Assembly: GCA_963726195.1 (NCBI GenBank)
Contig: CAVSBO010000004.1
Span: 64,001-128,000 of the forward strand
DNA length: 64,000 nucleotides
Direction of reading: 5' to 3'
Source of the DNA: Candidatus Thorarchaeota archaeon
Lineage (GTDB): Archaea > Asgardarchaeota > Thorarchaeia > Thorarchaeales > Thorarchaeaceae
Shown here: positions 9,571 through 21,843 of the stretch, piece by piece
How positions within the stretch are numbered: the stretch's first letter is position 1
Layout: every line of letters begins with the position of its first letter
Position numbers and translations under genes: made by a program
Notes under the pieces: model-generated
Databases searched by the model: none
Seen by the model: only the letters and a program-made list of their open reading frames with translations
Told to the model about the DNA's origin: nothing

Positions 9571-10735
9571 ATGGACTATCTCAGCAGGACTTTCTGGACG
9601 GACGACGAAATCAAGTTCCGTGAAGAAGTGCGGGCTTTCTGCGACAAGGAAATCACGCCCATCGCAGACAAGCTTGACAAGGGTCCGTATCCAAGGGAAC
9701 TGATTCGGAAGATCGGCAAAGCCGGCTACATGGGCGTACATCATGAGAAAGCCGCGGGTGGGTCTGCCAGAGGTCTCTCCTACGAGATTATAGTGGCAGA
9801 GGAGATTAGCAGATGCAATGGCGGCCTTGACATGGCGAGGATGGCGTCTGCTACTCTATACGGTATGCCGGTTAGCAAGTTCGGGACTCCAGAACAGAAA
9901 GAAGAAGTACCTCACACCCATTATCCGAGGCGACAAGGTTGGCTGCATTGGCATCACAGAACCGGACGTGGGCTCCGATACGGCCGGCATGAAGACGCAT
10001 GCTGTGAAGGACGGTGATGATTGGTTCATTTCTGGGGAGAAGAGATTCATCACGAATGGCAGCCAGGCAGATTACATGTGCTGTTTCGCAATAACTGACC
10101 CAAATGTGGATCCCAAGAATGGCATGACCGCTTTCATAGTTGACACCAAGACCAGCGGTTTCAGTGTGCTAAAGGATCACGACCTTCTTGGAATGAAATC
10201 ATCAAGAGTATCATGGCTTAAGTTCGACAGCGTTCGTGTCCCGCCTGACATGGTGCTTGGCGCGCCGGGACAAGGTTTCAAGATACTGATGGATGAACTG
10301 GACAGCGAACGCACCGCCATTGCAGGTGAGGCAATAGGCTATGCACGAATTCCGTATGAGACCGCAGTCAAATACGCTAACGAACGACAGCAGTTCGGAA
10401 AGCGAATCAGGGAGTTCGAAGGAGTCAGTTTCAAGATTGCTGACATGGCAATGAAACTTGAGGCTGGCAGGGCATTGACACTGAACGCTGCCCGAATGCT
10501 TGACAAAGGGATGAAAGCCACGAAACAGGCTTCCATTGCGAAACTGTACACAACTGAGGCTGCTGTCCAAATCACAAACGATGCTCTGCAGATTCTCGGT
10601 GGTTTGGGGTACACAACGGACTATCCTGTAGAACGCTTTCTCAGGGATGCAAGATTGATGACCATTGGCGGCGGTACAGCAGAAATCCTTCGGTTCCTCA
10701 TTCAACGAGAAGTGTTCAAGGAGTTCGAGCTATAG
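9571..10735 (+). CDS. Acyl-CoA dehydrogenase (frameshift ~9900)
   Basis: ITEPDVGSD, GEKRFITNG, RQQFGK, QILGGLGY, IGGGTAEI. Confidence 0.92.
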
Positions 10736-10773
10736 CGCGTCACGAGGAGGAAGGGGCAGCTACCCCTTCGTTC

Positions 10774-12550
10774 CTAGTTCTTGACAATGGCGATTATCTG
10801 GTACTGTCCCTGCACCACATGGATGGTAGCAGTGAAGCTGTCACTGACGTTTAGGTTCAGCAGAGTGTACCAGTCAGTGAGGTTCATCCAAGCCCGAGCG
10901 CCCTCGATGTACGGGATAGGTCGATTGCTGGTGCCCAGAACAATGTGCGTATTGCCATCTTGGACATACTGGGTCTTGTTCATGACAGTGGCTGTCATAT
11001 TGAACGTGCCCTTCGGCCCCTCAACTGTTCCTCCGAGTCTGGTTATGTAACCTTCTCTCGCTGCTTGAACAAGCGTCGGCCCTGAAAGCGTGCCGCCTAA
11101 CTCCTGAATGTAGAATTTGTCAACGTTGGCCGCGTCTACGAGTGCAAGAGCGTGCAGTCTCATGTCAGAAACCTGGAATGTCGAATCCGAATAGATGCCG
11201 TCCTCCCAGTAGAGCGGACAATACCATGTCCACTTAGTTTCCGTGGGACTAATCTGGACCGGATACAGTAAAGGCATGGCGCCGTAGTAGCTGCCTGTGG
11301 CTGGAGGAGGCAGCTGACTCAACACGTTCGCCTTCGCCGCTTCTCCACTAATGAATCCAAGTGAACTCATATCATAATACCACACGCCGTCATGGGTTGC
11401 CCTGAAGACACCGGCCAGCGCACTTGAACTTGTTATTGGATGAACACATATGAATGCCTCGACGGTCTGTGTTCTCAGGGTTGAGAATGTACCGGGTGTC
11501 TTCGGACATCTCCAGTCGGTCGTTGGAAGGGGCAATGAACCAGAGGAATCCTCCAGCGAAGAGATCGAAACCACTTCCTCTTCGATAGCTGCCCCATCTT
11601 GTCACCTGCCGTTCGAGCCATTCTTCGGAGTACGCCTGAGTAATCCACTTGGGCGTTTCAGCAATCGAAGGGTAGCTGACCACAGTGCCGTTTTCGCAAT
11701 ATACAATGGGACCTATGGCACGTTCGACAAAATCGAAACCCAGTGGCGTTCGGGTCTGGACGTATACCATGTGCCCGAGTGGGTCCCAAGTTGGATATGC
11801 GTACTCATAGCTCGAGGACATATCGTTCAGGTAGTTGCCAAACTGAATGTTGCGATCCCAGAACAACCCTTCTCCGACGGGGATTGAGGTCTGGTTGATA
11901 AGAATAGGGCTCACCGTTTGCGGGTCATTCGCATCCACAACGATGAATCCCTTGAGGAAATTCGCCGCGATTACATTCGATGACACTATCGTACAGACCC
12001 ACACAAGACGCCCCAGACGGGTGGTGATGTGTGCGGACGCCACTACGACATTCGAGCCGAACGGGGATAAGTGCTGACCGGCAACATATGTAGCATATTC
12101 CTCAGTGACCAACCTTACTTTGTCATCTGGTATCGGTGAAGAAAACAGGGACCCGTTTGCCACCGTGATCATTGAGTTGAAAGAGTTTGCATTAGAAACA
12201 TCTGAAGTCCACCCTATTATGCCCGAGAACAATGGAATGATTAGAACAAGTAGTAGACCCACGCACAGTACTGGCATTCGGAATCCCGAATCTCCCGCTC
12301 CCCAAAGGCGCCTTGGACGAAGGCCGCTCGAGATAATCATGAGTATTCCGAAGCTGAGCAGTAGCGTCAGAGTTGCCCAAGGCAATATCTCGACGAGGGC
12401 TAGACATATCACAATCCAAGCAGCTGTTCCCCAGACAAGTCTGAATGGTAGCCACCTAATCAGCCGCTTCGGGCTCAGCATCTCCTTCGAGAAAGGAATG
12501 GGTATCGAATGCAGCAGGAGTGAAATCAGGAGGAAGAGTACAACATTCAT
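10774..12550 (-). CDS. Membrane protein with ~4 N-terminal TM helices and a large extracellular region (frameshift ~11455)
   Basis: Two overlapping ORFs that join; hydrophobic N-terminus; many N-x-S/T sequons. Confidence 0.65.
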
Positions 12551-12657
12551 TGATCTTTCACCGGGTCGGGTCGACTTGATACCTTGTCGGGGGCTCATGG
12601 TTTATAGCGTTTTGCAGTCCCAGAGCCGCTAGCGCTGGCGGTCTATCTTGAGACCTG

Positions 12658-13176
12658 CTAGGGGCGCGCTTTCTTCACTTCTCGAAACCATGAAACTGCG
12701 CCGCCGGCTTGTAGTATGTCAATGACCATTGGCGACAACGGCTGCCCGCCAAGCTTCTCACCGCTTTCTTTGATCAAAACAGTGGATTTGAGCAGGTTGA
12801 TGTCCAGTGTCATGCCGTCTTTGACCGATTGTGCTACATTGGGTACTACTAGCACGGGGAGCCCAATATTGATTGCATTCCGGTAGAAGAGCCGGGCAAA
12901 CGATTGGGCCAAGACGCACCCCACACCCAGCTGGGCCAACACACGGGGTGCTTCTTCTCTGGATGATCCTCCTCCGAAGTTCTCTCCTGCCACGACCACG
13001 TCGTTCTTCTTCACATTCTTGGAGAACTCCGGTCTCGGTATCTCAAATGCATGCTTTGCCATTTCGGAGTAATCTAGCAAAGTTAGATACCGACCTTGGA
13101 TTATCTGATCCGTATCCACATTGTCACCAAAGAGCCAAGCTTTTCCACGAATAACCTTCAGGCCGATTGTCATCAC
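12658..13176 (-). CDS. leuD: 3-isopropylmalate dehydratase/homoaconitase small subunit
   Basis: DNVDTDQII, NFGGGSSRE, SFARLFYRNAINIG. Confidence 0.88.
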   Translation of the reverse strand: MMTIGLKVIRGKAWLFGDNVDTDQIIQGRYLTLLDYSEMAKHAFEIPRPEFSKNVKKNDVVVAGENFGGGSSREEAPRVLAQLGVGCVLAQSFARLFYRNAINIGLPVLVVPNVAQSVKDGMTLDINLLKSTVLIKESGEKLGGQPLSPMVIDILQAGGAVSWFREVKKARP

Positions 13177-14451
13177 GTGAGCCTCCGTGGATCAGTGATT
13201 ACACCTTTTACTGCACTGGCAGCCACCGTCGCCGGGGATGCGAGGTAGACCTTGGAGTCCGGGTGCCCCATTCGGCCCCTGAAGTTTCTATTCGTGCTGG
13301 AGATGCAAACTTCTCCGGGTCCTAACACACCTAGGTGACCGCCAACGCAAGCGCCACAGGTCGAGTTCGTGAAAATCGCGCCAGCGCTAAGGAAGGTTTC
13401 GATATACCCCGCTCTCAATGCTTCAATATAGGTCTCCTGACTGGCAGGAGTGATAACCAAACGAAGGTCTGGATGGATTTTCCTTCCTTTGAGAATCCGA
13501 GCTGCTATCTCGAAATCTTCCAGCCGCCCGTTAGTGCAGGACCCTATGAATGCCTGGTCCACGTGCACGCCCTCAACCTCTGAGACCGGTCTGCCATTCG
13601 CCGGGCTATGAGGCGTAGCGACTATTGGGTCGAGATGCTCTGTGTTCAAGTCAATCTCAATATCTGCAACATACTCGGCGTCTGCATCGGGTTCTACAGG
13701 AGTCCATTCTGCAGACGGATTGTGAGTCGTGACCCATTCCTTGACCGCATTATTGACCGTCATCAATCCACACTTGGCTCCAGCTTCGACAGTCATGTTG
13801 CACATTGTCATTCTTGATGCGACGGACATTGATTCGATAGTAGAGCCGTGAAACTCGATCGAACGATAGTTGGCCCCATTGACTCCAAGGTCGCTCACAA
13901 TCTTCAGGATGAGGTCCTTACTCATCACCATCTCAGGCAATTGCCCGTTTATGTTGATTCTCAAAGATTCAGGGACCCTGAACCAGCACTTCCCGGTTGC
14001 CAAGATTATCGCACTGTCTGTTGCAGCGAGAACCTGTTGAGAATGCATTGAAGGCTCCGTAAGTAGTCGAGTGTGAGTCGCTCCCAATAACAAGATCGCC
14101 CGGCTTGACAAGCCCCATCTCTGGCAATACCTGATGACAAATACCGCAATTGACATCACAGAAGTGCTCTATGCCCTGCTCTTTCACGAACTGCCTGTTT
14201 CTGATATGAATTTCCGCGCTCTGGGTGTCGGATGCCGGTGCCCAGTGGTCGTTGACTACTAACACCTTTGCCGGGTCCCAGATTCTCTTCACACCCATCT
14301 CCTTCAGTATGGGGATTATTCTTGAGCCTAGTACTTCGTGTACCATCAAGAGGTCAATGGAAGCATCAACGATTTCACCGGCCGATGCCTTTCGGTTCTT
14401 GGTATGAGAGGCGAGCAGCTTTTCCGCGAGCGTCTTTCCCAGCTGGCTCAC
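13173..14451 (-). CDS. leuC: 3-isopropylmalate dehydratase/homoaconitase large subunit (frameshift ~14030)
   Basis: GICHQV, DSHSTTYGA, GSCTNGR, CGACVG, STNRNFRGRMG. Confidence 0.9.
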
Positions 14452-15610
14452 CCCTTCACGGCTTGTTTTCCCACGGCGTCTGCAACTGCAGCGGCAACAG
14501 TCTGAGTCGATGAAGGTGCCACCTTTGCGTACTTGCCGATGCATAGATCGTAGGTTCGTGTTCTTGCATCTTTCAGGACTGATGCGACTGCCTCTCGGAT
14601 GAGTCTGCCGCCCTCAGTGCAATTGCGGTCTCGATGTGTGGAGCCCAGCCAGTCCAGCATCATGCCTGCCGAGAGAATCGAGGCGATGGGATTTGCTTCG
14701 TTCCGGCCATAGTGCTTTGGTGATGAGCCATGTACAGGCTCGAACATTCCATGCTTTTCACCAATGTTCCCGGCAGGGGCCACTCCAAGCCCCCCTTGAA
14801 CTGCAGCTCCTAGGTCCGTGATTATGTCACCGAACTCATTAGGAGCAACGACAACGTCATAGTACTCAGGTCTTCTGAGGCACCACTGCGTCCATGCATC
14901 GACGTATGAGTAGTCCTTCTGCACTTTTGGGAAGTCTTCTGAGACCTCGTCGAAGACCTCTCTGAAGAGCTGACATCCAGAGAGAAGATTGCTCTTGTCG
15001 ACACAAGTCACTCTCCTTATCCCATCAACTGGAGCGCCGTTTCTCGCCATTGACTGCTCGAATGCGAACCGAGCAATCCTCTCGGAACCTTTTCTAGTGA
15101 TTATTCGCACATCCACGGCGAGTTCCTTATTCTCTCCCCTAGACAGACTTCCTCTGATTGGTGCGTACAATCCTTCCGTGTTCTCTCGAACTATCACCAT
15201 GTCAATGTCCTTGCTACCCTTGTCAGCAAGAGGCGTTGGCACTCCTTCGTAGAGCTTCACGGGGCGCACGTTCGCATACAGGTCCAATGCCATCCTCAGG
15301 CCAATTACGACACTGTAACCTGCCATGTTGCCATCCGGCAGCCGTACTTGTTCGCCATTGCTATCCAACCGCGCCGACTGCGCCAAGCAATACTGCGTCG
15401 GCTTCGTTCATGACGAAAGTCTCGGCTTCTTCTGGCCACTCCCGTTCAGTTCTTAGATAGTACTCCCCTCCGCACTCGAATTGGTTCATTTCGAGCTCAA
15501 GCCCGTTGACTGCATTCTCAGTTGCTTCTAGAACATGGACTGCCTGCGGAACAACTTCCCTGCCTATTCCATCACCCGGTAAGCACAGCGACTTTGTATT
15601 TGCGAACCAA
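14448..15610 (-). CDS. leuB: Isocitrate/isopropylmalate dehydrogenase family (frameshifts ~15375 and ~15585)
   Basis: PGDGIG, RENTEGLY, VDKSN, NEFGDIITD, FEPVHGS, ANPIASILS. Confidence 0.85.
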
Positions 15611-15620
15611 TGTGCACCAC

Positions 15621-15950
15621 CTAGTAGTTACCAAGCCAGCCTAAATCATTGCCTCGGTCGTCGATGAGGTTTACCATGGTATCAATCCTTTCGCCATCCA
15701 CATATCTGATTTTACACCGAATAGTGAATTGCCTTCCGCATTTTGCGCATTTCACAAGCCAGTCTTCTGTCACCTTCTCCAATCCCCTGCCCTTTATGCT
15801 CTGGGGATTCTTTTTCATGCTGACAAGTGAAATTTCCTTTCCGTCACACGCGTAGGTGCATTCTTTGAGAGGTATTGGCTCCATTCCTCTCTGGCCGAGG
15901 GGCGCAAAGACTTCGTTAGGCAGGTCATCGAGACTTGGTGCGGGTTCCAA
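15621..15950 (-). CDS. Small Cys-containing hypothetical protein, likely Zn-binding
   Basis: CTYAC and CAKC pairs; first gene of the leu-family operon. Confidence 0.65.
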   Translation of the reverse strand: MEPAPSLDDLPNEVFAPLGQRGMEPIPLKECTYACDGKEISLVSMKKNPQSIKGRGLEKVTEDWLVKCAKCGRQFTIRCKIRYVDGERIDTMVNLIDDRGNDLGWLGNY

Positions 15951-16015
15951 GTACTACACCACGTTTCCGATTTACTGGCGATACGGATAAATGAGGCGGT
16001 TGGGATACTGAGCCC

Positions 16016-16921
16016 ATGCGACTCGTCACTTATTCGAGGCTGGGTGTGCCTTCCATAGGTTTAGATTTGGACAGCGGTATTCTTGACATACCTGACGCTG
16101 CCTCTTGTTTTGGCAGGACCTACCATGTTCACGGCCACAAGTTTCCGAACACGATGATTGACCTTCTCAACTGGGAGTCAGGAATTGAGGTCGTGAGGCA
16201 GATTCTGGGAAGGTACCTGAAGACTCCTGCGGAGGAGCGACCACTCACTTATCAGCACTCCTCTGTGCGTTTTGAGGCACCCGTTCCTCGACCTGGCAAA
16301 ATCATTGCCATTGGCACCAACTACAAGAGCCACATAAAAGAACTTGGCCAAGAAGTACCGAAGTTTCCTATAGTTTTCGCCAAGTTTCCTTCTTCAGTCG
16401 TGGGACCTGACATATCCATATCCATTCCCAAGGTCACGAGCAAGCTGGATTGGGAAGTGGAACTGGCCATCGTAATCGGAAAGGCATGCAAGGATGTTGC
16501 GGAGAAGGACGCGCTCAAGTATGTTGCTGGATACACTGTTGTGAATGATCTCACTGCGAGGGAGCTACAGAAAAGCGATGTTCAGTGGGTGAGGTCCAAA
16601 TCGCTCGATGGGTTTTGCCCGATGGGTCCAGCAATCGTCACGACTGATGAACTAGGCGACGGGTCGGGGCTCAGATTGTATACAAAGGTGAATGGAGCTG
16701 TCAAGCAAGACTCGAATACATCTGACCTGCTCTTTGGCGTGCCCAAACTGGTTTCTTGGCTCTCTGAGTCCTTCACGCTTGAGCCTGGTGATGTCATTCC
16801 CACAGGCACACCTGGTGGGGTGGGTTTCTTGCGCAAGCCCCCTGAGTACCTGAAGGCGGGCGACAATCTTGAGCTCTACGTCGATAAGATAGGCTATCTG
16901 AGGAATACGATAGTGGCCTGA
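16016..16921 (+). CDS. Fumarylacetoacetate hydrolase family protein
   Basis: GTNYKSH, DWEVELA, NDLTAR, KSLDGFCPMGP, TGTPGGVG. Confidence 0.92.
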   Translation: MRLVTYSRLGVPSIGLDLDSGILDIPDAASCFGRTYHVHGHKFPNTMIDLLNWESGIEVVRQILGRYLKTPAEERPLTYQHSSVRFEAPVPRPGKIIAIGTNYKSHIKELGQEVPKFPIVFAKFPSSVVGPDISISIPKVTSKLDWEVELAIVIGKACKDVAEKDALKYVAGYTVVNDLTARELQKSDVQWVRSKSLDGFCPMGPAIVTTDELGDGSGLRLYTKVNGAVKQDSNTSDLLFGVPKLVSWLSESFTLEPGDVIPTGTPGGVGFLRKPPEYLKAGDNLELYVDKIGYLRNTIVA

Positions 16922-17140
16922 GTCTTCCAGATGGTGGGGGAAACGGGGTGCAGGGACAGGAAATGACCAAGAGACGGCGAAAGCTAGCAAAGAGGGTTCG
17001 AAGGGCTGTGGCTGCCTCGCCAGAAACCCAAGCATTCAACGGGTCCATCTCAGAGATTGATACCGCCTACCCGGTTCCGATAGAGAGGCTGATCTCTGCC
17101 ACTTTCACTTTATGCTAGTCTTCTCTCTTTGAAAAAAGCC

Positions 17141-17926
17141 CTAAGCTTCATCTGACTGAGGGAAATCCAAGTTCCTATAAATCGCTTCTATTATTTGCTC
17201 CAAGGGAACCCAAGCCACCGACAACAAATGCTTCTTAATCTCTGCAAAATCCCTCCAAGCAATGTCATCCTTGATTTTGCTGAAATCAGTGTATTCTTGG
17301 AGTTTGTAGTAGTAGAATCTGCTCTTCTTTCTGTACAACTCTGAAGGAGAACACAACAATACGACAAGCCTTTGATCCTTCTTGAGCCTTGATATGCCTA
17401 CATCGACGGTTCTTGCCAACTGATTCCTATGAACATTGAAAGTCGTCTGAGAAGAAATGTCAGAGGTAAACTTCACTTCAACCAACATCAGCAGATTCTT
17501 AGCTTCGAGGACAACATCAACATGAGTATTCGTTTCCAGAGGCTTTCTTGCTTCAGCATGTTCTCTTCCCTGCTCTCTGATATATCTTATCGGATGCTTG
17601 CTCACTTCTCTATCAAGCCACTCTAGGTAACCTTTTGGAGGACTGAGCTGTCTCTCAAAATCAAGAGTCAATGGTTCTTCAACAGGCTCACCTATGCCAC
17701 AAAAGCCCAGAACCTCTTGAACCACCTTTTTCTTGTCTTTCCTCAGATCAAGTGGTGCAAAAGTGTAGAAACTGATCAGCTCTTCAGCCTTGTCATACTG
17801 ATTGTCTCCGGATTCTAATGATCCTGACTCTCTCGCTCTGCTTGTATTCTCAAGCCATGCTTCATACTTGCGAATCCTTTCCTTACTCAAATGATCCTTT
17901 GCCAAATCTTCAAAAAGCATCCTCAT
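17141..17926 (-). CDS. PD-(D/E)xK-type nuclease-like protein
   Basis: THVD...VEVKF...NQLAR motif; AT-richer than its neighbours. Confidence 0.6.
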   Translation of the reverse strand: MRMLFEDLAKDHLSKERIRKYEAWLENTSRARESGSLESGDNQYDKAEELISFYTFAPLDLRKDKKKVVQEVLGFCGIGEPVEEPLTLDFERQLSPPKGYLEWLDREVSKHPIRYIREQGREHAEARKPLETNTHVDVVLEAKNLLMLVEVKFTSDISSQTTFNVHRNQLARTVDVGISRLKKDQRLVVLLCSPSELYRKKSRFYYYKLQEYTDFSKIKDDIAWRDFAEIKKHLLSVAWVPLEQIIEAIYRNLDFPQSDEA

Positions 17927-18181
17927 TCGAGCACCTCGACAACACTATTGGATTTCAGATAACTGATTTCGCTGCTTATAACATCTGGCGAGTCTTTGCT
18001 GGAAGAGCTGCACAGTCCAATTCCCTACACGCAAGCATCAAATGCCTGTATTGAGCCATGCGTATCCATCGGCCGTGCCAAGGCAATCAGGGTTGAGAAC
18101 CCTCAAGGTTTCGGACTCGGCCGGTTCATAAGACGGCTCTTTCTCTCCAGGCATATTCTTCAGACCGCGTCTGCCTTTCCT

Positions 18182-20473
18182 CTAGACCCTGTAATCGACC
18201 CTGATAGTTTGACCCCCTTGAAGACCTGTCGAACGGCAATCACTTCTTGGGCGACTCGCTCGAATTTGACTTCTTGGTCGTCGACGAAAGCAGTCTCGGG
18301 AATCCATCCCTTCCCTGTACAAAGAACACGGCCTCAGGCTTTCTTGTGCTTCTTTTCACTGTGATACTGAGCTCTCGCTTGTTAGAGTTCCAAGCAGAGT
18401 TGTCGAGTTCAACCGCTCCTTGAGTGAAATGAATGCTGGTGCCCAAGACGGATGGCGTGGCCGATTCTGGCTTGACCGCGAAGAGCTGACAGGAATGCGG
18501 TTTGAGATGCTTGATGGTCATTTCATTCTCAGTAAGTCCGAGGTACTCCTGCTTCCAGAATTCAAAAACATGGTGAGGTTGACTCGCATCTAGACCGGCG
18601 TCTTCGAGTCGAATTGAGACATCGATAGGTCTCTCAGTCAGGTTCACAGCCGCAACGACTGCCCATCGACCGAGTGAGGTCTCAATGGGAAGCACGAACG
18701 AAGTCGGTTCGCTCAATGCAAGGGAGTCGAGTGCAATTGCACCACCGCCATAGGGCGGGAGGATCCTGTCTATGATTTGGAGTCGTTCTTCCGAGACGTC
18801 CATCATCCGGTCGCTCAGCAACAATGCCCCGCCGCTCATTGCCACGACTGAGGCCCAGAGAAGCAATTCATCAATGGTGAGCTCGCTGTCATCTTCGCCG
18901 CACTAGCAAGCAGTCCGGGTCGTTTGTCCACCACCGGCGATGCAACACCGCTCGAGTCATTGTGTTAATCGTGCACTCATAGACTCCTGGTCCCGACTCA
19001 TAGCGCCAAGCCGGAGCTATATCATTGCCTATGCGCATGGCATTGACGATTCCGACACAAGGACCGAACGGTGCGCCACACCCAAGGATTAGGTCGTCAC
19101 CCACAGTCTTTCTTATTGCTTCGAGACCTTTTCTTAGCGCCTGTGCCCGAGTGATACGCATGTCATTGCGAATGCCTTCCGCAACTGCATGGTAGAGAAA
19201 GTCGATTTTGAAGTATTCAAACCCGTCTGCCTTAAGCGTCTTGAAGACATCCTCGATGTGTCTCAGAACCTCGGCGTTGGTAAGATCAAGGGCATAATAC
19301 TTGCCCAGCCAGAGTGGGTTTTGATCGACAGCTAGGGGTTCATTCTTCTCGTTTCGAACGAACCAACTTGGCTTCGTTTTGAACAACTCAGAATGCTCGG
19401 TCGCAACAAAGGGGGCGACCCATATGCCAGCCCTGTAACCGCTCTTCTTGACATTCTCCACAATGCTCTTCAGGCCTTTCCCGAATCTGGAATTCACCTG
19501 CCAGTCGCCAACTGTCTTCTGATATCCGTCATCGAGCTGAATCCATTCAATCTCATTGCCGAATCTTCTCTCAAGGAAACGGGTGTTTGCAAGAACCTCC
19601 TCCTCATCAGGCATCGTGTAGTAAAAGTACCAAGAACACCACCCTGTTGGAATGTTGGTCCAAGGAACAGCTTTCATGCGTTGTGATGCAATGTCCACAT
19701 ACTTGCATAGACCATCGAGGGCTCTTTCGGTGGCAACAACCAGCATCTCCTCAGACATGATTGACTGTTTCTCGGACACAGGGATGCTATCAGTGTGGCA
19801 TCTGCAAACTATGCGTGCCAGTCTCTTGTCTTCCGTCTGCCCGCCCCACAAATGTAACCGTTGATAGCTGGTCGGCCGCAGTGGTGAAACCAAACACGAG
19901 CGCGGCGCCGCTATCTATCTCATGTAGCACAGAAAACAGATGACTTGTATTGTCACCAGAAGAGATTGGCTGAGCTTGGCTCAATTCCCACGACTGGAAC
20001 CCATTCTTGAAGAAACGGAGGCGCTGCCCGTTCCAACCTGTGTACACTCTTGACTTGTCATCAACATCGATTACGAGAGTATCAATTGACTTCACGTTGA
20101 TTACGTTGCCAGTACGGTTCCTGAATTGAACAACGCAGGCGAAACCTGCTAGGTTCTTGATTACGACCAGCTTGATGTAAATCTCACCAGTAGCGCCGCT
20201 GTCTTGTAGCCTGAGGACTACAGCCTTCCCCTCCCCTCGCTCATCGTTGAAGTCGAGGCTGCTTACACCGCGATAGACCATCTTGCGTGAGTCGAATACT
20301 TGCGATGACGTTTGCACTTGGACGTAAGCCCGAGAGAAACACATGGTCTTCTCATCGGAGGACGTGAGCATGATTAAGCCGGTTCGCGTGTCAAAGAACA
20401 CAGACACGAGTCCATTGCCGAGTCGTATGCCTGTGTCCGCTACTTCGAGCCTGCATTCATCTTGACCTGACAT
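18182..20473 (-). CDS. Alpha-galactosidase, GH36 family (several frameshifts; 3' end approximate)
   Basis: GWCSWY, QLDDGYQ, KIDFLY, MRIGND, NDPDCL. Confidence 0.85.
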
Positions 20474-20551
20474 GAAAGCTGTCCTCCAACATTGCACAAA
20501 GGGGCGACAGGAGTTCTTCTTATTTCTTACCAATTGGCAGGGGCAATAGGA

Positions 20552-21091
20552 TTAGAGACGGGATGCCTTGGCCAGAGCATCATCTGCTTCTTCATATTCA
20601 AACAGTCTCTTATGAGCTCGTGCAAGCATCTCCCAAACTTCCTTGTCCTTGCTTTTCATTTCCAGGTACTTTCTGCAGTAGAGCTTGACTCCTTCCCAGT
20701 CCGACAGCTCCTCGGAACAACGGGCAGCATAATACAGGGCCCTTTTGTGATTCATCTTGGGCCCCATGAAATCTTTGAATACTGCCAGAGCTTCTTGCCA
20801 TTGTTTGTTCTCAAACAGCTGCATTCCCTGTCTGAACTGAATCTCCATGTCTTCGTAAGCAGGAATCTTGGCTGAATAGGAGCTTATCGCAAGGTAAGAC
20901 GAACAGCAGAGAAGAATGACCGAGCTCGTTATTGCAGCTCCGAGAATAAGACCAGGCGAGATAGGCCATGCGAGCCAGCTTGCGACCCATGCAAGCACGG
21001 CTCCCACCACGAAAAATGGGATGGCAAGGAGGGCGATGGCCTTGATATGACTGAACCCGACTATTTCGCCTCTCTGAGCTTTGGATGTCAT
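20552..21091 (-). CDS. Two-TM membrane protein with C-terminal TPR repeats
   Basis: Hydrophobic pair then ALYYAARC / VWEMLARAH TPR helices. Confidence 0.75.
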   Translation of the reverse strand: MTSKAQRGEIVGFSHIKAIALLAIPFFVVGAVLAWVASWLAWPISPGLILGAAITSSVILLCCSSYLAISSYSAKIPAYEDMEIQFRQGMQLFENKQWQEALAVFKDFMGPKMNHKRALYYAARCSEELSDWEGVKLYCRKYLEMKSKDKEVWEMLARAHKRLFEYEEADDALAKASRL

Positions 21092-21152
21092 CTGTGTATC
21101 TTCACCTCGATGCCCGTGCGCTCTGGTCATGCTTGTTACGTTGTAGATTCTA

Positions 21153-21803
21153 CTATTCCGGTCCACGCAAGTCCTTATCGAGTCTCTTGTTTGGGTCCGT
21201 CCTGCGTTCGTATTCGTCCTGCAGCTTCCTGGCTTCCAATCTGGCCTTTGAGACATGAATCCATTGCTCTACCAGCGGCCCCAGCTCGGGGTCCAACTTC
21301 ACAGCAAGCTCTCCGTAGGCGATGGCATGCTCGTCGTCTTCCTCAATGAAGTGAGCATTCGCCTTGTTGTAGAAAGCTTCTGCGTAGTCGGGTTTCAATG
21401 CAACAGCTCTCGTATAGAATTCGATGGCCTTCTGGCCTTCACCAAGTCTGGATAGGCAGTTCCCCAAGTTGTTCCACGCTTCAGCGTCGTCTGGTCTAAT
21501 CTCGACTGCCTTTTGGTAGCACTCCTTTGCACCCTTGAAGTCTTTCAACTGATACAGGACAGTTGCCTTGTTGAACCAACTCTCGAAAATCATGTTGTCA
21601 ATTGCTAGTGCTTCGTCGTATGCCTTGACGGCATCATCGTATCTATCACATTCTGCAAGGGCGACGCCCAAGTTGTACCATGCTTCAACCGAATGAGGAT
21701 CGTCGTTCACGAAGGCTTCGAGAGTATCAACTGCCTCCTCGTATCTGCCTGCCTTCATCATGGCGACGGCGCGACCTATGGGACTCGCCTTTACTTTCTT
21801 CAA
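21153..21803 (-). CDS. TPR-repeat protein
   Basis: AWYNLG, SWFNKA, AWNNLG, AFYNKA at ~34-aa period. Confidence 0.9.
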   Translation of the reverse strand: MKKVKASPIGRAVAMMKAGRYEEAVDTLEAFVNDDPHSVEAWYNLGVALAECDRYDDAVKAYDEALAIDNMIFESWFNKATVLYQLKDFKGAKECYQKAVEIRPDDAEAWNNLGNCLSRLGEGQKAIEFYTRAVALKPDYAEAFYNKANAHFIEEDDEHAIAYGELAVKLDPELGPLVEQWIHVSKARLEARKLQDEYERRTDPNKRLDKDLRGPE

Positions 21804-21843
21804 GCTGGTCTCGCACCAGTCTTCTTGGCGGGCTGAATAAGGC

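Noticed and set aside
9895-9910. Programmed ribosomal frameshifting in the ACAD and others
   Set aside because: No consistent slippery motif, and shifts are scattered across unrelated genes.
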